Source: Lama guanicoe (Eukaryota). From it: 64,000 nt of DNA. A model generated the notes under the pieces. It was not told the DNA's origin, made no database searches, and saw nothing but the letters and a program-made list of their open reading frames with translations. Both the position numbers and the translations under genes were made by a program. Location: the NCBI GenBank assembly GCA_013239625.1, contig MU053493.1:1063793-1127792 (forward strand). Reading direction: 5' to 3'. This document shows, one piece after another, positions 41,601 through 54,599 of this stretch (position 1 is the first letter of the stretch; every line of letters begins with the position of its first letter).

Positions 41601-42883
41601 CCACCTTCAAGTCCAGCCACTTCCTCCAGGCAGTCTTTCTTCCAGCAGCAGGTGTCAAGCCTCTGGCTGACCAAACAAACCCCAGGAGTCATAGCCTTCT
41701 TCCCACTTTGTCCTGGGCCCTACCTGGTTTGCCTCAAGCTTGGGTCAAAGGCTGCCTCTCTCCTACAGTTTTCCTCCAAGCCATCACTTCCCAGAAGTTT
41801 CAGTGGCTCTGTCTTCTGTGTTCCCACACCAGGTGCCCCCTTTCCTTGCAGCGAGGGTGAAGATGGCTCACGTCATATGCACACGCCCCGCTAGCTTTAT
41901 ATCCCAAGAACACAGCTCAGAGCTGGTGGAGAACAGATTTGCAGAGATGCACGGTTGCATCGACCATGTGACAAGGCTTTGTTTACACCACGCTTAACCG
42001 TAACTCAAAAGCCACGGCACTTCATGTGAGCTAGAAACAAGCCCCTTTCTGCCCTACAAAGCCAGTCTACCATTCACTGCCCGCAATCCCTCCACCAGCC
42101 AACAGCAATGGCCAAGAAGATTACATCATAATCTATGGAAAAGTTCTTCACTTCAGGAAAGGACTCAATTCAATAGAACTTTGAGTCATCTCGGGCTTCC
42201 TTAACAAAACTAGAATCAGTTCAGTTCTCCTGGGCAGGCTGGAAGGAACGTACACCCCATCACCCTGCTCAGCGGCTGGAGCAGAATTCATCCCAGAGCT
42301 GGCAGGAGCCTGAAGCCTGAGCGACAGAGGAACCAGATGCCGCCCTGTGGAACCTGCATCCCTCAGACTCTCAGCGAGAACTTGGTGCCTTGGGATTCAG
42401 GAGGCTGGGACGTGGACCACATCGCCTTTTCAGCTCATTACAGCTGCACCTCAATTAGATTTTCAGTCTTGGGGAAAGGTAGGGACATGACCTTGGAGAT
42501 CCCACTTTTGATCTTCTGTAATCCCCATACTCATCATCCTTATGATCTCTAGTAGAAAACCCCCAAACCAAAGGAACACTTGTTTCATCTCAGTGCTGCT
42601 TCTGCTCTGCCCCTCCTACCCTGGGCAAATAGCGCGCGCACATACCCACACACACACAGACCTCTCAACGCATGCCCATGCACCGTGCAGCCTGGTAGCA
42701 GCAGCTTCGCAGCGTGCCTCCGCTGTTTGTCTGTGGTTCACGCACCTTCCCTGGAGAGGGATTGTGCTGGAGGGCGCTTACAGGGCCGGCTCCATGTGAC
42801 TCCCTGGGATCTGCTCTGACCGTTCTTGCTTCATCAACACCCATGCAGAGCGCCCGCTAGGAGAACTAACACGGGAGTGGAAG

Positions 42884-43225
42884 TGTTACCCGAGAGCAGG
42901 TTCTTGTCTCATTGCCGAACGAGTTCAGAGAGGAGACACAGAGGTTAAGAAAGTAAAGTGAGGATTTATTAAGGGATAGGACGCTCTCAAGGGGAGAGCG
43001 GGCAGATGTAGGTGAGCAGCTGCCCTGAGTTTCTTTGACAAGCTGGTTACATAGGGTGTAAAAATGAATGGGTGGAATATTCATTGGGGAGGGAGGGGTT
43101 TGAGGTCATATTCCCTGATTTTTATCCCAGCCCCACCTGCCCAAGGGGAGGAGGGGTTTTTGTCCTTATTTAGTCTGGATCAGAAGTGTCATGGTGTCAG
43201 TGCGTGGTGGCACTTCTAATCTGCA
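42884..43225 (-). mobile_element. ERV1-type solo LTR, 342 bp
   Basis: TG...CA termini; minus-strand AATAAA ('tttatt' near 42965); 4-bp TSD 'gaag' at 42880-42883 and 43226-43229. Confidence 0.8.
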
Positions 43226-43687
43226 GAAGTACTGGGCGGAGCTGACCTAGGAGCTTCACAGCTGTTGCAGAGGCTGCGGTGGAGCTGACACCAGAGGGAG
43301 GAAGGAAGGCACCCCATAGACTCACACAGACAGCAGGACGGCATTGCGGCTGTAGCCTGAATATGTCTTAACAGAGAAGTGCTTCCGGTCAAAGAGAAGA
43401 AGCCATGAGCACAAAGGAAAGAGCACAGAGAATCCAGCAAAGAAAGCCTGAGTCAGGAGCCCTCCTCGAGCCTGGAGAGAGGCGGCCTCCCCTGTTGGGC
43501 AGGGGTAACTAGGAGGCTCCTGGCAAAAGGGTTGGGAGACACAACCTCAAGTCACCTGTCACCCCGGGCTCACCTGAATTCTTCTTATTTACTGTCACTC
43601 TGCTGGCAGAGAACTTCTCTGTTGGCAGATGTAAGCTTAGTTCCCTGGACAGGGATGGCCATGCGTGTGCCCTGTGTTGAGTGTCAC

Positions 43688-43706
43688 CTGCCACCAGGGG
43701 GAGTGC
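43688..43706 (+). promoter_or_regulatory. Near-consensus CTCF motif (forward)
   Basis: CCACCAGGGGGAGT versus consensus CCASYAGRKGGCRS. Confidence 0.4.
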
Positions 43707-46321
43707 CCGAGCACCCTCTCGGGGTCCAGCATCCACCCAGCAGGTGGACTGGCAGCCCCTTTGCCTGTCCAGGGCACAGGGATGGAGGCACAAGGCAGTG
43801 TTTATGGTTGATCTGCACAGCCAGGTGCGCCGTCCTCTAAGTGAATTCTTGCACATTATTCCTGCCCACAGTAAACTCGCTGGATTCACGCACCTGGACG
43901 CTGAGCCAACTGCAAACACGCAGCGGAAAGGAAAGGTCTCTAGGAAGGCTATGTATTTGGAAAACTGCCTTCTTCTCCTCAAGGGCTGTTTGCAGGGCAT
44001 GCTCTGAGGGCCCAATTTCATCTCTGACACACTGAATTGCTGCCCTTCAGAGACCTTTCTGAGCAGACAGCTAGAAAAATGCCTCCTTGTGCCCTCACAG
44101 TGGCTTCATTCAATTTCCTGCCTTTTCTCAGCTAATCTTCAGCCTGTAATTTCCTAATGACTTTCCCAGAGCTGTTCTGTTGATGGCTAGAAGGCATAGC
44201 TGGCCAAGATTCCCTGCGCATGTTTGTAGTTGGGATTCTGTTCACATTTCTTCCCTAATTATGAACCAGTGTCAGGGTGTCCCTGGGAGCCCAGCATTTC
44301 TCTGAGGCAAGCATTCTCTAACCAGGAATAAGGTTTGGTAGGGACCCCAGGGGACAGGCTACAGCAAAAACCTGGGACATCCAACCTTGAAGAGGTCTAG
44401 GGTCTTTCTGCTCCATCCACATCGCTCTGGAAGGCAGACCTGACTCTGGACCTCAGTCTGGACCTCAAATCCTTCCCCGCCTCCCTCAATCATAACCCAC
44501 ACAGCACAGCTTGGAAGAGATCTGCCAAACCAAGGCACTCCTAGGTCTTCACATATATCTGCCCTACTGGTTTGTACACTTGATACCCACTGGCACAGTG
44601 CTGAGTAAATGTTTCCCAATTACATGCATTAATGCCAAGCTCTGAAATGTGTAAGTGGCTTAACATTGCATCTTGTACAAAAGGGAATATTCTCAAGTTA
44701 ACGATATTATGAGCTTTACCTAATGGTAGCCATCAAGGTAAGCTGCTAAAAAGTTATTGTTAATATTATTTTTCTTTAATTGGGTAAAGGTCCTCTTGTT
44801 CCTCCTTAATTGGGACTACGGGACTGAGGGTTGCTTCCTCAGCTCAAGCTCCTTCAGGAGAACTCTCTGAACTGTTGTTAGTCAACGTGAATAAAGATTC
44901 AAGAACAGCCCAGACCAGGACATAAGAGACTGAAAGATCAAACAGAACATCCAGGAGACTCTCAGACCCACAAGGACCCTCTGAGGCCCAATCCTGTCCC
45001 CTCAACGGCCTCAGATAGAGATCACAGCATGAGGTCCCTGTCCTCACATGTGTCATCCCTGGGACAGATCACAGTGTGGGGGTCCTGGCTCAGTGCAGAT
45101 GACCGTAGGGACTCAGAGGCTGGCTGCAGTGATCTTGTCACAGACTGGCTGTCACTTTCTTAGTCTCTTGGTTGAAAGCCCTCCATTCGACCGCCTTCCA
45201 TTCACTCTGGGTTGGAACCACAATTTCAGAGTCTGATCATGTTCAAATATCAAACAACTACTTTTAAATGTAAATGTAAAAATCCAAAAGCCTGTCTCCT
45301 GAAACATCCTTCCTCGAATGTTTGTGGCCCTGGGGACCGTCAGTGAGAGCACAGTGAGTTCTCCCCAAGGTTGCTGGGATTCAGGTCAACTCCAGTCCTT
45401 TAGGCTGAGCCAGATAAGACAGAGAATAGACAGCGTTTTCAGCAAAATGCAGTATGAGGTGTAATTTCACATACATGTCGGAAGAGACACAGGTGCCACC
45501 ATCCTCACCCTGTAGGAGAGGCACTTGCACGTGCTCCCCAGAGACAAGGGCAGTGCGGGGACGAAGGATGTGGTATCCCCGGGCTCTGGGCCACAAGGGT
45601 GGCCAGGGGTCTCCCCAGGAGTGTAGCAGATTTCTCAGAAGGGAAATTAGGCACTTAGCGGGGGAATCTTTGAGACAGGGAAGGACAGAGCACAGCCTCC
45701 AGGAGCAGCAGGAAGGGCTGTGGGGTCAGAATGGCTGGAGGAACTAGAGGTCAGAGCCCCGGACAACAGCGCCGACATCAGGCTGGCTTCAAACCTGAAC
45801 TGTCCTGAAATCTCAGGAGGGGTCATCTCTGTTTACTTGCTTTCTGTGGGAGAATCCCAGAGAATGTGGCTCCATGAACCCCTTCCCACCCAGACCCTCG
45901 GAATAAGGAGATAAACAGAGGTGGGAGGTGGATGCCTCTGACTGCCAGTGGGGTCGCAAAGGCAAGCCCTGGTTTGAAGACATGAAATTAAAATGAAGGC
46001 ATCCAGCAGCACAAGTTAACTTTTGATCTCTAATCGTATGAAGGCAGACACACGCACACACACACACACACGTTTTCTAAATGCTTGTTGCGCAGTTGGG
46101 TGTGTGCTTTTCTCTGCATTTTTAAACTCTCCCTGCTTTTAATGACATCCACCCCTCCCACCGGTCTGCAGGTCCAGGCTGTTTGACTGACTTTGGTATC
46201 TACGCCTCCATCTCATTCCGACGGGGTCTGAGACGAGACAGCCCCCCTGCAACAGGCGAAGATCCCTTGTCCAGCTATTAAAGAGGTGACAGAGGACCCG
46301 TCTCCCTGGACACAGCAAACT

Positions 46322-46340
46322 CTGCCACCTGGTGGTCGCA
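46322..46340 (-). promoter_or_regulatory. Consensus CTCF motif (reverse)
   Basis: Minus strand reads CCACCAGGTGGCAG, an exact fit to CCASYAGRKGGCRS. Confidence 0.6.
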
Positions 46341-46414
46341 TCAGGAGACAGTCACGCTCTGCTAGGAGACCTGAGCACTGGACCAGTCTAGGCAGACCTG
46401 GAAGCTGTTTTCTT

Positions 46415-46665
46415 TCTTTTTTTTTTTTTCAATTTTGTATTGAAGTGTAGTTGATTTACATTAGTTTCAGGTGTACTGCAAAGTGATTCAGTTATACATA
46501 TACATGCATATATTGTTTTCTTTTCGTACTCTTTTTCATTATAGGTTATTACAAGAAATTGAATATATCTCCCTGTGCTGTACAGTAGGTCTTTGTGGTT
46601 TATCTATTTTATATACAGTTATGTGTGTTTGTTAATCCCCACTGCCTAATTTACTCCTCCCCTCT
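46415..46665 (-). mobile_element. 5'-truncated L1 3'UTR
   Basis: Poly-T followed by 'attgaagtgtagttgatttac...ccctgtgctgtacagtagg'. Confidence 0.8.
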
Positions 46666-47799
46666 TTTTTGTTAGAAAGTCATATTTTAAAATAAAACTT
46701 TCATGGGTGAGAAACAGGTTCCCAGGAGGCAAATATGGTGCTTCTAATCTCTCATCTTAATCAGAAGCACCTGTCACAGCTGGTGCTTAATGAAATTAGT
46801 GTCCCAGAGTTTCAGACAACGTCAAACCTCTCTACACGGCCCCTCCCAGGACCCTCAAAGTAGCAATAGCTAATTTTAGCAAAACTACGTAATCATTGGG
46901 GAAAACTAAAAAAAAAGCAAAATTTATGATTGAGTCAAAGCCTATGGACATATAACTGCATGGGAATCTACAGTCACCTCCAGATTTCAAGACCCCAGAC
47001 CTGATTGCTGTCCCAGCCTGTCCTGAGCCTTGGTGTTGGATTTGTGGCTGTTCCAGGGGCCTGGATGCACAGTGGCCCCCGCAGGGCCCATGAACCTACC
47101 CAGGGTGCACACCCTTCACTGGGGGCTCTTGGCAGGACACTTTTCACCCTTGGGAACTGCAGGCCCCTTCCAGCCGAAGTCTGCAGGGAGCACACGGCTC
47201 CTGAGAGGGTCTGGGGAGTGGGATGAAGGAGGGCTGGGAACGGAGTGGAGTCCACCCACCAAGGAGGCCCCGGGAACTCCATCTGCGCCCCCAGAGATGA
47301 AGGGGTGATTTTAGAGGGAGATGTGTGAGGTGTGAGGTGGAGGTCGTGCTGCTTTGGGGACATAGAATTGGGAGGATAGGTCTCCTCCGCATTTGGGCTT
47401 GGCTGGAGGCCCCCTGACAGAGCCCCCGACAGGGCTGAGGCCTCTCCAGGAACGCGGCTCTGTCTGCAGCCCTGCCAGTCCCAGGAGACAAGGCCTGTGT
47501 GAGCCAATCATGAGGAGGAGCCCCGAGGCCTCACCCTACCGGGACTCCTCAAATGATGGGGTGTCTTTAAGATGGAGGCTAATCCCTTCAAGAGGATAAT
47601 TAGGGGGTCTTCAAAGGGGAAGTGTGTTAACAGGAAGGTGAACTCATGGGGACGCATGGAGCCCTTGCTGGGCCAAGGCCAGGATGGGCCCTGAACCTTG
47701 CCCTGCAGAAGGATGGTGGCCCCACACCGATGCCTCCAGCAAGGAAGGATGCTCTAGGTGTGGGTCGGGACGAAACCACAAGGCAGGGCTGCAAGGCAC

Positions 47800-48900
47800 T
47801 GGATACACAACACCAGGCATGTTTGCCAGCTCTCAGACTGAGAACACACGCCAGTGAACACCAAGTGTGCATCACAGGGCACACATGTCATTAGGACACA
47901 ATGCCAAGCACAAAAAGGCGGGGACACACGTCAGGCACACACACAGGGCAGGAAACCCAGCCACACACTTGCAGGCTCAGAAGAGTGGGCACACCCACCA
48001 GGCACATCTCGCAGCCCCGAGAACACGACACCGGCACACGACTCTAGGCACACAAAGTCAGGCACATGATGACGCCTGCTGCGGACATGCCCAGCACCAC
48101 ACCCACGCCAGGGCCAGAAGCGGACACACACCCCAAGGACACAAAGTGAACACACAATGCCAGGTACTCACAGCAGAGTAAATGGTAGTAACACACGCCA
48201 GACACACACGCCCTCACACAATGCTAGACATACTCTGTGGGGCACACAGCATCAACTCACAGTGTCAGGCACACACTTGGGGCTCACAAGCCCGGCACAT
48301 GCTCAGGGTATAACACCAGGCACATACCAGAAACACAACGAGGGCAGACGACACCACACACACAGCATACTGCCTGGCACTATGCACAGGACCCCAGGCG
48401 ATCAACACCAGACACACACATCAGACAGCCACTGGGAGGCACACCGGGCCAGGCCCAGTCTCTGGGAACACAGCACTGAGCTTACAAGGCTGTGGCACAT
48501 ACCGGGCACACACATGGCAGAAACAAAATTCTGGGAACACAGAGCCAGGCACACAATGCAGGGCGCACACTGTGAGCCCACAGTGGCAGGGACAGACTCC
48601 AGGAACACAACACCAGACATACAATGCCAGGCAACACATAATGCTGGGCACCCAAAATAGACACACAACACCAGGCACACAAAACTGAACACACAATCCC
48701 AGGCACACACACACTCCAGGAACGAAATACTCAGCCACACCTGCCAGGTACACACCCTGGACGTACAACTTTGTGTCAGAGGCACAATTCTGAGTACAGC
48801 ACGCCGGGCACACAGAATCGGGGCACAGGGTGGGCACTCAGTGGAAACACGTGAGAACCACGGACTCGGGAACCACAGCGATGGACACAGAAAGCGGGCA
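47800..48900 (+). repeat. Degenerate CA-rich (GGCACAC) low-complexity array
   Basis: About 20 irregularly spaced (a/g)ggcaca-type units plus many acacac runs; strong C/A strand skew. Confidence 0.75.
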
Positions 48901-49255
48901 CTCAAAGCTGGCTCTGAGGAAAGATGTGTGTGTACTGGCTCTTTAACAGTGGGCTCTGGCTCCCTGTGTTCTCCGCCCCCACCCCGTCCAGGGACCACGT
49001 GCCTCAGATCAGGGTCTGTGGTTGTTTGTTACTGCTGCAAAGCCTAGACCACCCTGGCTGGAATTCTCTGTGTGGGTATATGAGCGTTTATGTCATCAGG
49101 CTCCTGAGATGGACGTTTGAGCCGTTCTGAGTCCTTTGCTAAAACAGAAAGTTTTGCAGTGCACAGTACATCTATACACTACTATTTTTTCTTTTTTGCC
49201 AGAGTATTTTTGGCATGATATCCTAAAATCCCAGGTCAAAAGGCAAAAGTATATG

Positions 49256-50112
49256 TGGATTGTACGGTAAGTCATTTTTAGTTTTTTAAGATCTCTCCAT
49301 ACTGTTTTCCATAATGGCTACACCAAACTACATTCCTACCAACAGTGTAGGAGGGTTCCCTTTTCTCCACACCCTCTCCAGCATTTATCGTTTGTGGACT
49401 TTTGAAGAATGGCCATTCTGACTGGTGTGAGGTGATACCTCATTGTAGTTTTGATTTGCATTTCTCTGATAATGAGAGATATTGAGCATCTTTTCATGTG
49501 CCTCAATCCTATACCTGGGCATATATCTGGAAAAAAACTCTAATTCAAAAAGATACATGCACCCCAATGTTCACAGCAGCACTATTTACAACAGCCAAGA
49601 CATGGAAACAACCTAAATGTCCATCGACAGATGACTGGAGAAAGAAGTTGTGGTGTATTTATACAGTGGAACCTTACTCAGCCGTAAAAAGAATAAAATA
49701 ATGTCATTTTCAGCAACATGGATGGACCTAGAGATTATCACACTAAATGAAGTAAGTCAGACAAAGGCAAACATCACATGCTATCACTTATATGTGGAAT
49801 CTAACATACAAATAAACTTATTTACAAAACAGAAACCTACTCACAGACATAGAAAACAAACTTATGGTTACCAAAGGGGAAAGAGGGTGGATGAGGGATA
49901 AATTAGGAGTCTGGGGTTAGCAGATACAAACTATTATATATAAAATAAATAAACAAGGTCCTACTGCATACAACAGGGAACTATATTCAATATCTTGTAA
50001 AAACCTGTGATGAAAAGGAATATAGATATATTTTTATAACTGAGTCACTGTGCTGTGCACTTGAAACTAACACAACATTGTAAATCAACTATATTTCAAA
50101 AAAAAAAAAAAA
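49256..50112 (+). mobile_element. 5'-inverted L1 (about 49256-49503 antisense, 49504-50112 sense with poly-A)
   Basis: Orientation switches at 'catgtgcct|caatcc'; the two segments are nearly contiguous in L1 text; TSD is degenerate. Confidence 0.85.
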
Positions 50113-50390
50113 GACACACTTGGGATTTTGTTTTATATTGCAGATTATCTCCATCCAGCTGTTCCCCTATCCCCCAGCAACGGCAGACAGGGCCCATAAA
50201 ATGGCTGTAAGCAGGGTGAGAGGGAGAAGCAAAGGCGGGTCCTAGGATTGTACTGACATTCGGTGCACGTGCTCCTCCCAGGTCTCAAAGCCCAGAAGGC
50301 AGGAAACCAGCTTCCCTGGGACCTCTCTGCCTCCACTCATCCTGATCCACCCACCTCGAACTCTGGCCAGACTGAAGCAGTTTGAACCTT

Positions 50391-50409
50391 CAGCCACTAG
50401 GTGGCGCCC
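50391..50409 (+). promoter_or_regulatory. Consensus CTCF motif (forward)
   Basis: CCACTAGGTGGCGC, an exact fit; upstream 'gcagt' resembles the CTCF upstream sub-motif. Confidence 0.65.
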
Positions 50410-51517
50410 CAAAGTAACAGTTTAAGCCATCTGACTGACTTTGACCTTCCTCAAGATGAGATTTCTTGTCTTGTTGAATGTTCAGAGATTTAGCCCATAG
50501 GAAAATCACAGCTCCGGAATCTGAATCCGGGAAGTGTGGCGACATCTTCAAGCAGCTCTGAATGATTTGTATATAATTCTTTCTTTTCCCTGATAGAAAA
50601 AGTAATAAAGTGGACTCAGACACAGGGGACAATTTGCCCTTCAGGACAGAGTGACCTCGCCCCTCACCGGGCACCCTTGGAAGGGAGAACCTAGCAGTTG
50701 GCCAATGTTTACACAGGTGCTGGCCTTTCCCTCCGGGATGCCGGGTGCAGGGTGGGTGATGCCCCAGAGCTGAGCCTTCCGGCAGAGCGTCTGATCGCCC
50801 CTGCATTCTTCCCATGAGAGTTGGCGTGGTCCTCTCCGTCTTGTCTTTGCGGGAGGACTTGGAAAGCAGCAGACGGAGGCTGTGCCGAGCCCCTTCCTCC
50901 TCTGCCTGCGGAGGACCATCTGGAGGGTCCGCCAAGAGCGGGGCTCTGCACTTCCCCTCCAACTGGAAAGTGGATAACGGACCCGAAAGCAGTGTTTTCA
51001 GACTTGGAGCTACAAGCAGCACAGGGGAGCGACCTCTGACAACAAATGGACAAAAGAGGCCAGCAGGGAAGGGCTCCCCAGCGGGGCCCAGGGGTGGCCG
51101 CGCCTAAGATGTACAGACGGAGCAGCCCGGAGCCAACGCAGGTGCACGCGGAGCCGTCGCCTGGTGCTCGGCCCGGTGAATGTGCGGTCTGTTTCCATCA
51201 CGAAGGCAGAGACCTGGACCACCCAGCACTTTCTCAGGTGGGGAGGGCGTCTTGACCCACCGCAGCTCGCACTGCCTTCCTTACAACCTCCATATCTTTG
51301 AAGAGGATTCCCAGAAAGGCACAGGGCTTGGAGAGCCCATGACCTCACGTAATAGACTTCCCTAAAGCATGTAAAATTGATGAAATAATGTTCTTTCTGA
51401 ACATTGCCATTGCTCCAGACCAGGCACCTATTATGTCACTTAATTTTGGCCCTTTATAAGAGTTCTGTTAACAGCACCAGCCCTTTTTACCTTTCTAAAA
51501 AAATTGCACAACATGCA

Positions 51518-52323
51518 TGTGATATTGTGATTTACCCTAAGAATTCTGTTTGGTCTTCATCCCTGTTTCTGGCCCATGGATGCCAAAACCCTTGGAATTT
51601 CCTTAGTGGTAAGAGCTAGAAAAGTATCCTGATTTTTGAAAGAAACCCCTCTCAACCACCTGGGTTTATGTTAATGAAGTGAGTTTTGGAAAGCCCTTGA
51701 GAATGGCAGCTGGTTGCCAAGGAACCATCCCTGTGGGTAGAGGGTTGGAAGTTCAGCCCCAACCCCTGACCTCTGGGGAGAGGAAGTGGCCTGGAGGTTG
51801 ACTCAGTCGCCAATAACCAATTGATCTTAATCATGTCTATGCAATGAAGCCTCCATAAAAACCCAAAGGACAGTGTTTGGAGACCTTCCATCACTTGGAG
51901 ATTCTGGGAGCATCGTGGGCTCAAAAAAGCACATGGAAGCGCCCTGCTTTCCCCAGACCTTGCCCCGTGCATCTCTTCTGTCCGGCTGCTCCTGAGTTAG
52001 AGCCTTTTCTAACAAACTAGTACTCTACTAAGTAAACTATATCTCTTGAGTTTGGTGAGCCGCTCTAGCAAATTAATTGAGCCCAAGGAGGGAAGTCATT
52101 GGAACTTCTGATCTATAGTCGGTGGGTCAGAAGCACAGCTGGCAGCCTGGACTTGCAACTGGCATTGCAAGTGTGTGTCAGGGTAGTGGGAGGGTGGTCT
52201 TGTAGGACCAAGCCCTCACCCTGCAGGATCTGACGCTCTCTCTGGGTAAACAGTATCAGAACTGAATTGAATTGTAGAACACCCAGCTGGTGTTGGAGAA
52301 TTGCTTGGAGATTTGGCATCAGA
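51518..52323 (+). mobile_element. MER21-like LTR
   Basis: Starts 'tgtgatattgtgattta'; contains 'ctgaattgaattgtagaacacccagctggtgt'. Confidence 0.75.
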
Positions 52324-52414
52324 ATAATAACATGAATTCATTTCTTGGAGGAAAAAAAAACAGACAACAGAGATCTTTTATTTTTTTGAGTTTTAATATT
52401 TTTATTTATTTTAT

Positions 52415-52650
52415 TTTTTTAACTTTTTTTTGAGTTATAATCATTTTACAATGTTGTGTCAAATTCCAGTGTAGAGCACAATTTTTCAGTTATACATGAA
52501 CATACATATACTCATTGTCATATTTTTTTTTTTGCTGTGAGCTACCACAAGATCTTGTATACATTTCCCTGTGCTATACAGTATAATCTTGTTTATCTAT
52601 TCTGCATATACCTGGAAGTATCTACAAATTTTGAAATCCCAGTCTGTCCC
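52415..52650 (-). mobile_element. Young L1 3'UTR fragment
   Basis: Closely similar to 32325-32530 and to the reverse complement of about 25020-25230. Confidence 0.85.
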
Positions 52651-53039
52651 AGAAGTCTTTAGACTACGAAGGCAAAGTAACCTTACCCAGCCTTCAGGCC
52701 AGTTTCTGTATCTGCTCCTGAGCTGGTGTGAATTATGATCACAGCAGGTCAGTTTCCAGGCTTCCCTCTTCTGCTACAGAAAACACGTCTTCCCAGCTCA
52801 GGTGGTCCCCAGCCTCACCCAACCTCGTCATCATCATCGCATAAGGGCTGAGAGTTCTCCACGTTGTCTCTGCTCTGGCACAGTTTATCTGCACGGGGAT
52901 CACTGCCTCCAGGAAACCTCATAATGTCAAGAGCTGGGGCATCCTGGGGCGTGGGGAGCTCCTGCAGGTCAGTGACAGCGCAGCAGGGCAGCCCCAACCC
53001 CAGGCTCTGGAGCCAAACCAGCTGGGTTCAAATCCCTGC

Positions 53040-53368
53040 CTGTCTTAGCCATTGTCAATAGTGCTGCTATGAACACTGGGGTGCATGGACTTATCTACAA
53101 ACTATAAACAGACTCACAGAAGTAGAAAACAAACTTACAGTTACCTGGGGGAGGAGGATTAAATTAGAAGTTTGGGATTAGCAGATACAAATTACTATAT
53201 ATAAAATAGATAAACAACACAGTCCTACTGCATAGCCCAGGGAACTAGATTCAGAATCTTGTAATAACCTATTATGAAAAAGAATCTAGGCATATGTATA
53301 ACTGAATGACTTTGCTGTATACTTGAAACTAACACAGCATTGTATATTAACTATACGTCAAAAAAAAA
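53040..53368 (+). mobile_element. Short 5'-inverted L1 inside a MIR
   Basis: Antisense piece of about 48 bp (53040-53087), then sense 3'UTR and poly-A; TSD 'aaatccctgc' at 53030-53039 and 53369-53378. Confidence 0.85.
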
Positions 53369-53809
53369 AAATCCCTGCATGGAGCCCAGCTCACTGGGTT
53401 CAAGTCCCCACCTGTCACTTAGAAGCAGATTAAATTTGGGGAGGCTACCTCCCCTCCCCTCCCCACAGTCTCCACATCTGTAAAATCTGTAAAGGGAACA
53501 GCAGCTCCCACCTCAGAGGGATGAACTGAGTCATGATGCCCACGGTACTCGGACAGTGCCAAGCATGCGGTCCAAACGGGCCATCGTTCATGGCTTGATT
53601 ACTTGTAAATGTTTGGTGAGTATTAGTTTATTCCAGGTTTTAAAAAAAAATCTACCACCTAAATCAATTTTAGGCACTTGAAATTTACTTAAAAAACAAT
53701 CTTGTATAAATTCAAAGTTGTTAAAATAAAGCCCACATATTGTATACATTTTAATACATTTCCTCCATATTAACAGCTACGTTTCCTTTCTTTCAATGTT
53801 ATTGCTACC

Positions 53810-53830
53810 TTATTATTATTTTTATTATTA

Positions 53831-53874
<44 letters not shown>
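53810..53874. repeat. (TAT)n microsatellite
   Basis: About 21 TAT units with two interruptions. Confidence 0.95.
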
Positions 53875-54599
53875 TTGGATCAGGGATGCCAGAGTCTAGT
53901 TTATTTTTTATTTTTTTCCTTCTACAGCCAGTTTTTGGTCTTACTACTAATTTTTTCCTCTACTTTTTTTTTTATTCCATGTTTCTACTTTAATTTTTAA
54001 AGATTTTTATTCTTATATTTATTTATATTTGATATAAACCAAAGAATATATTTAACATCTATGAAGTTACAAATAATGATAATCAAACCAGTACAAACTG
54101 AACCCATCTGCCAAGAACCAAGGCAGACAAAGCAAACTTGGTTCCTTCTTGTCTATTGCCTCTTCCTTCCAACCGAAGGTAAACACTTATTATTACTATT
54201 TTTATCCTCTGTGCCTTAAAAAAAGAGTTTTTAACATCAGTCATGTATCCCTGCATGATATATCATTTAGTTTTATTTATTTGTAGCTTTACTTAAGTGC
54301 TTCTACATTGTAAATTATCTTCTGCTTTTCACTTATTGTTAGGCTTCTGAGATTTGTATATATTGTTGCATGTCATTCTCCTACATTAGTTTTAACTGCT
54401 GTGTATAATTCTATTGTGTGAACATGTCATAATGTATCTTCTGTGGTTCTGTTTATAAACACTTGGGTTGTCTGTACATAATCCCAAGCAATGTTGGAAT
54501 GCACATCTTTGTATATGCTTTCTGGAACAAACTACTGAAAGACTTCCCCTAGGAGTGGGGTTGGGTGGCCATTGGGTCAGTGTGTGTGTGTAACAGTGT

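Noticed and set aside
47854..48998. Long His/Thr-rich and Cys/Val-rich ORFs
   Set aside because: Artefacts of the CA/TG-rich low-complexity tract, which is poor in stop codons
51046..51255. RING-finger start (PGECAVCFHH), reminiscent of Neuralized-family C-termini
   Set aside because: Only the first CxxC is present; I found no remaining RING ligands at the expected spacing
51300..51348. LRR-like motif LQALCLSGNPL on the minus strand
   Set aside because: A single isolated match with no neighbouring repeats; probably chance
53796..53993. Poly-tyrosine ORF
   Set aside because: Translation of a (TAT)n microsatellite
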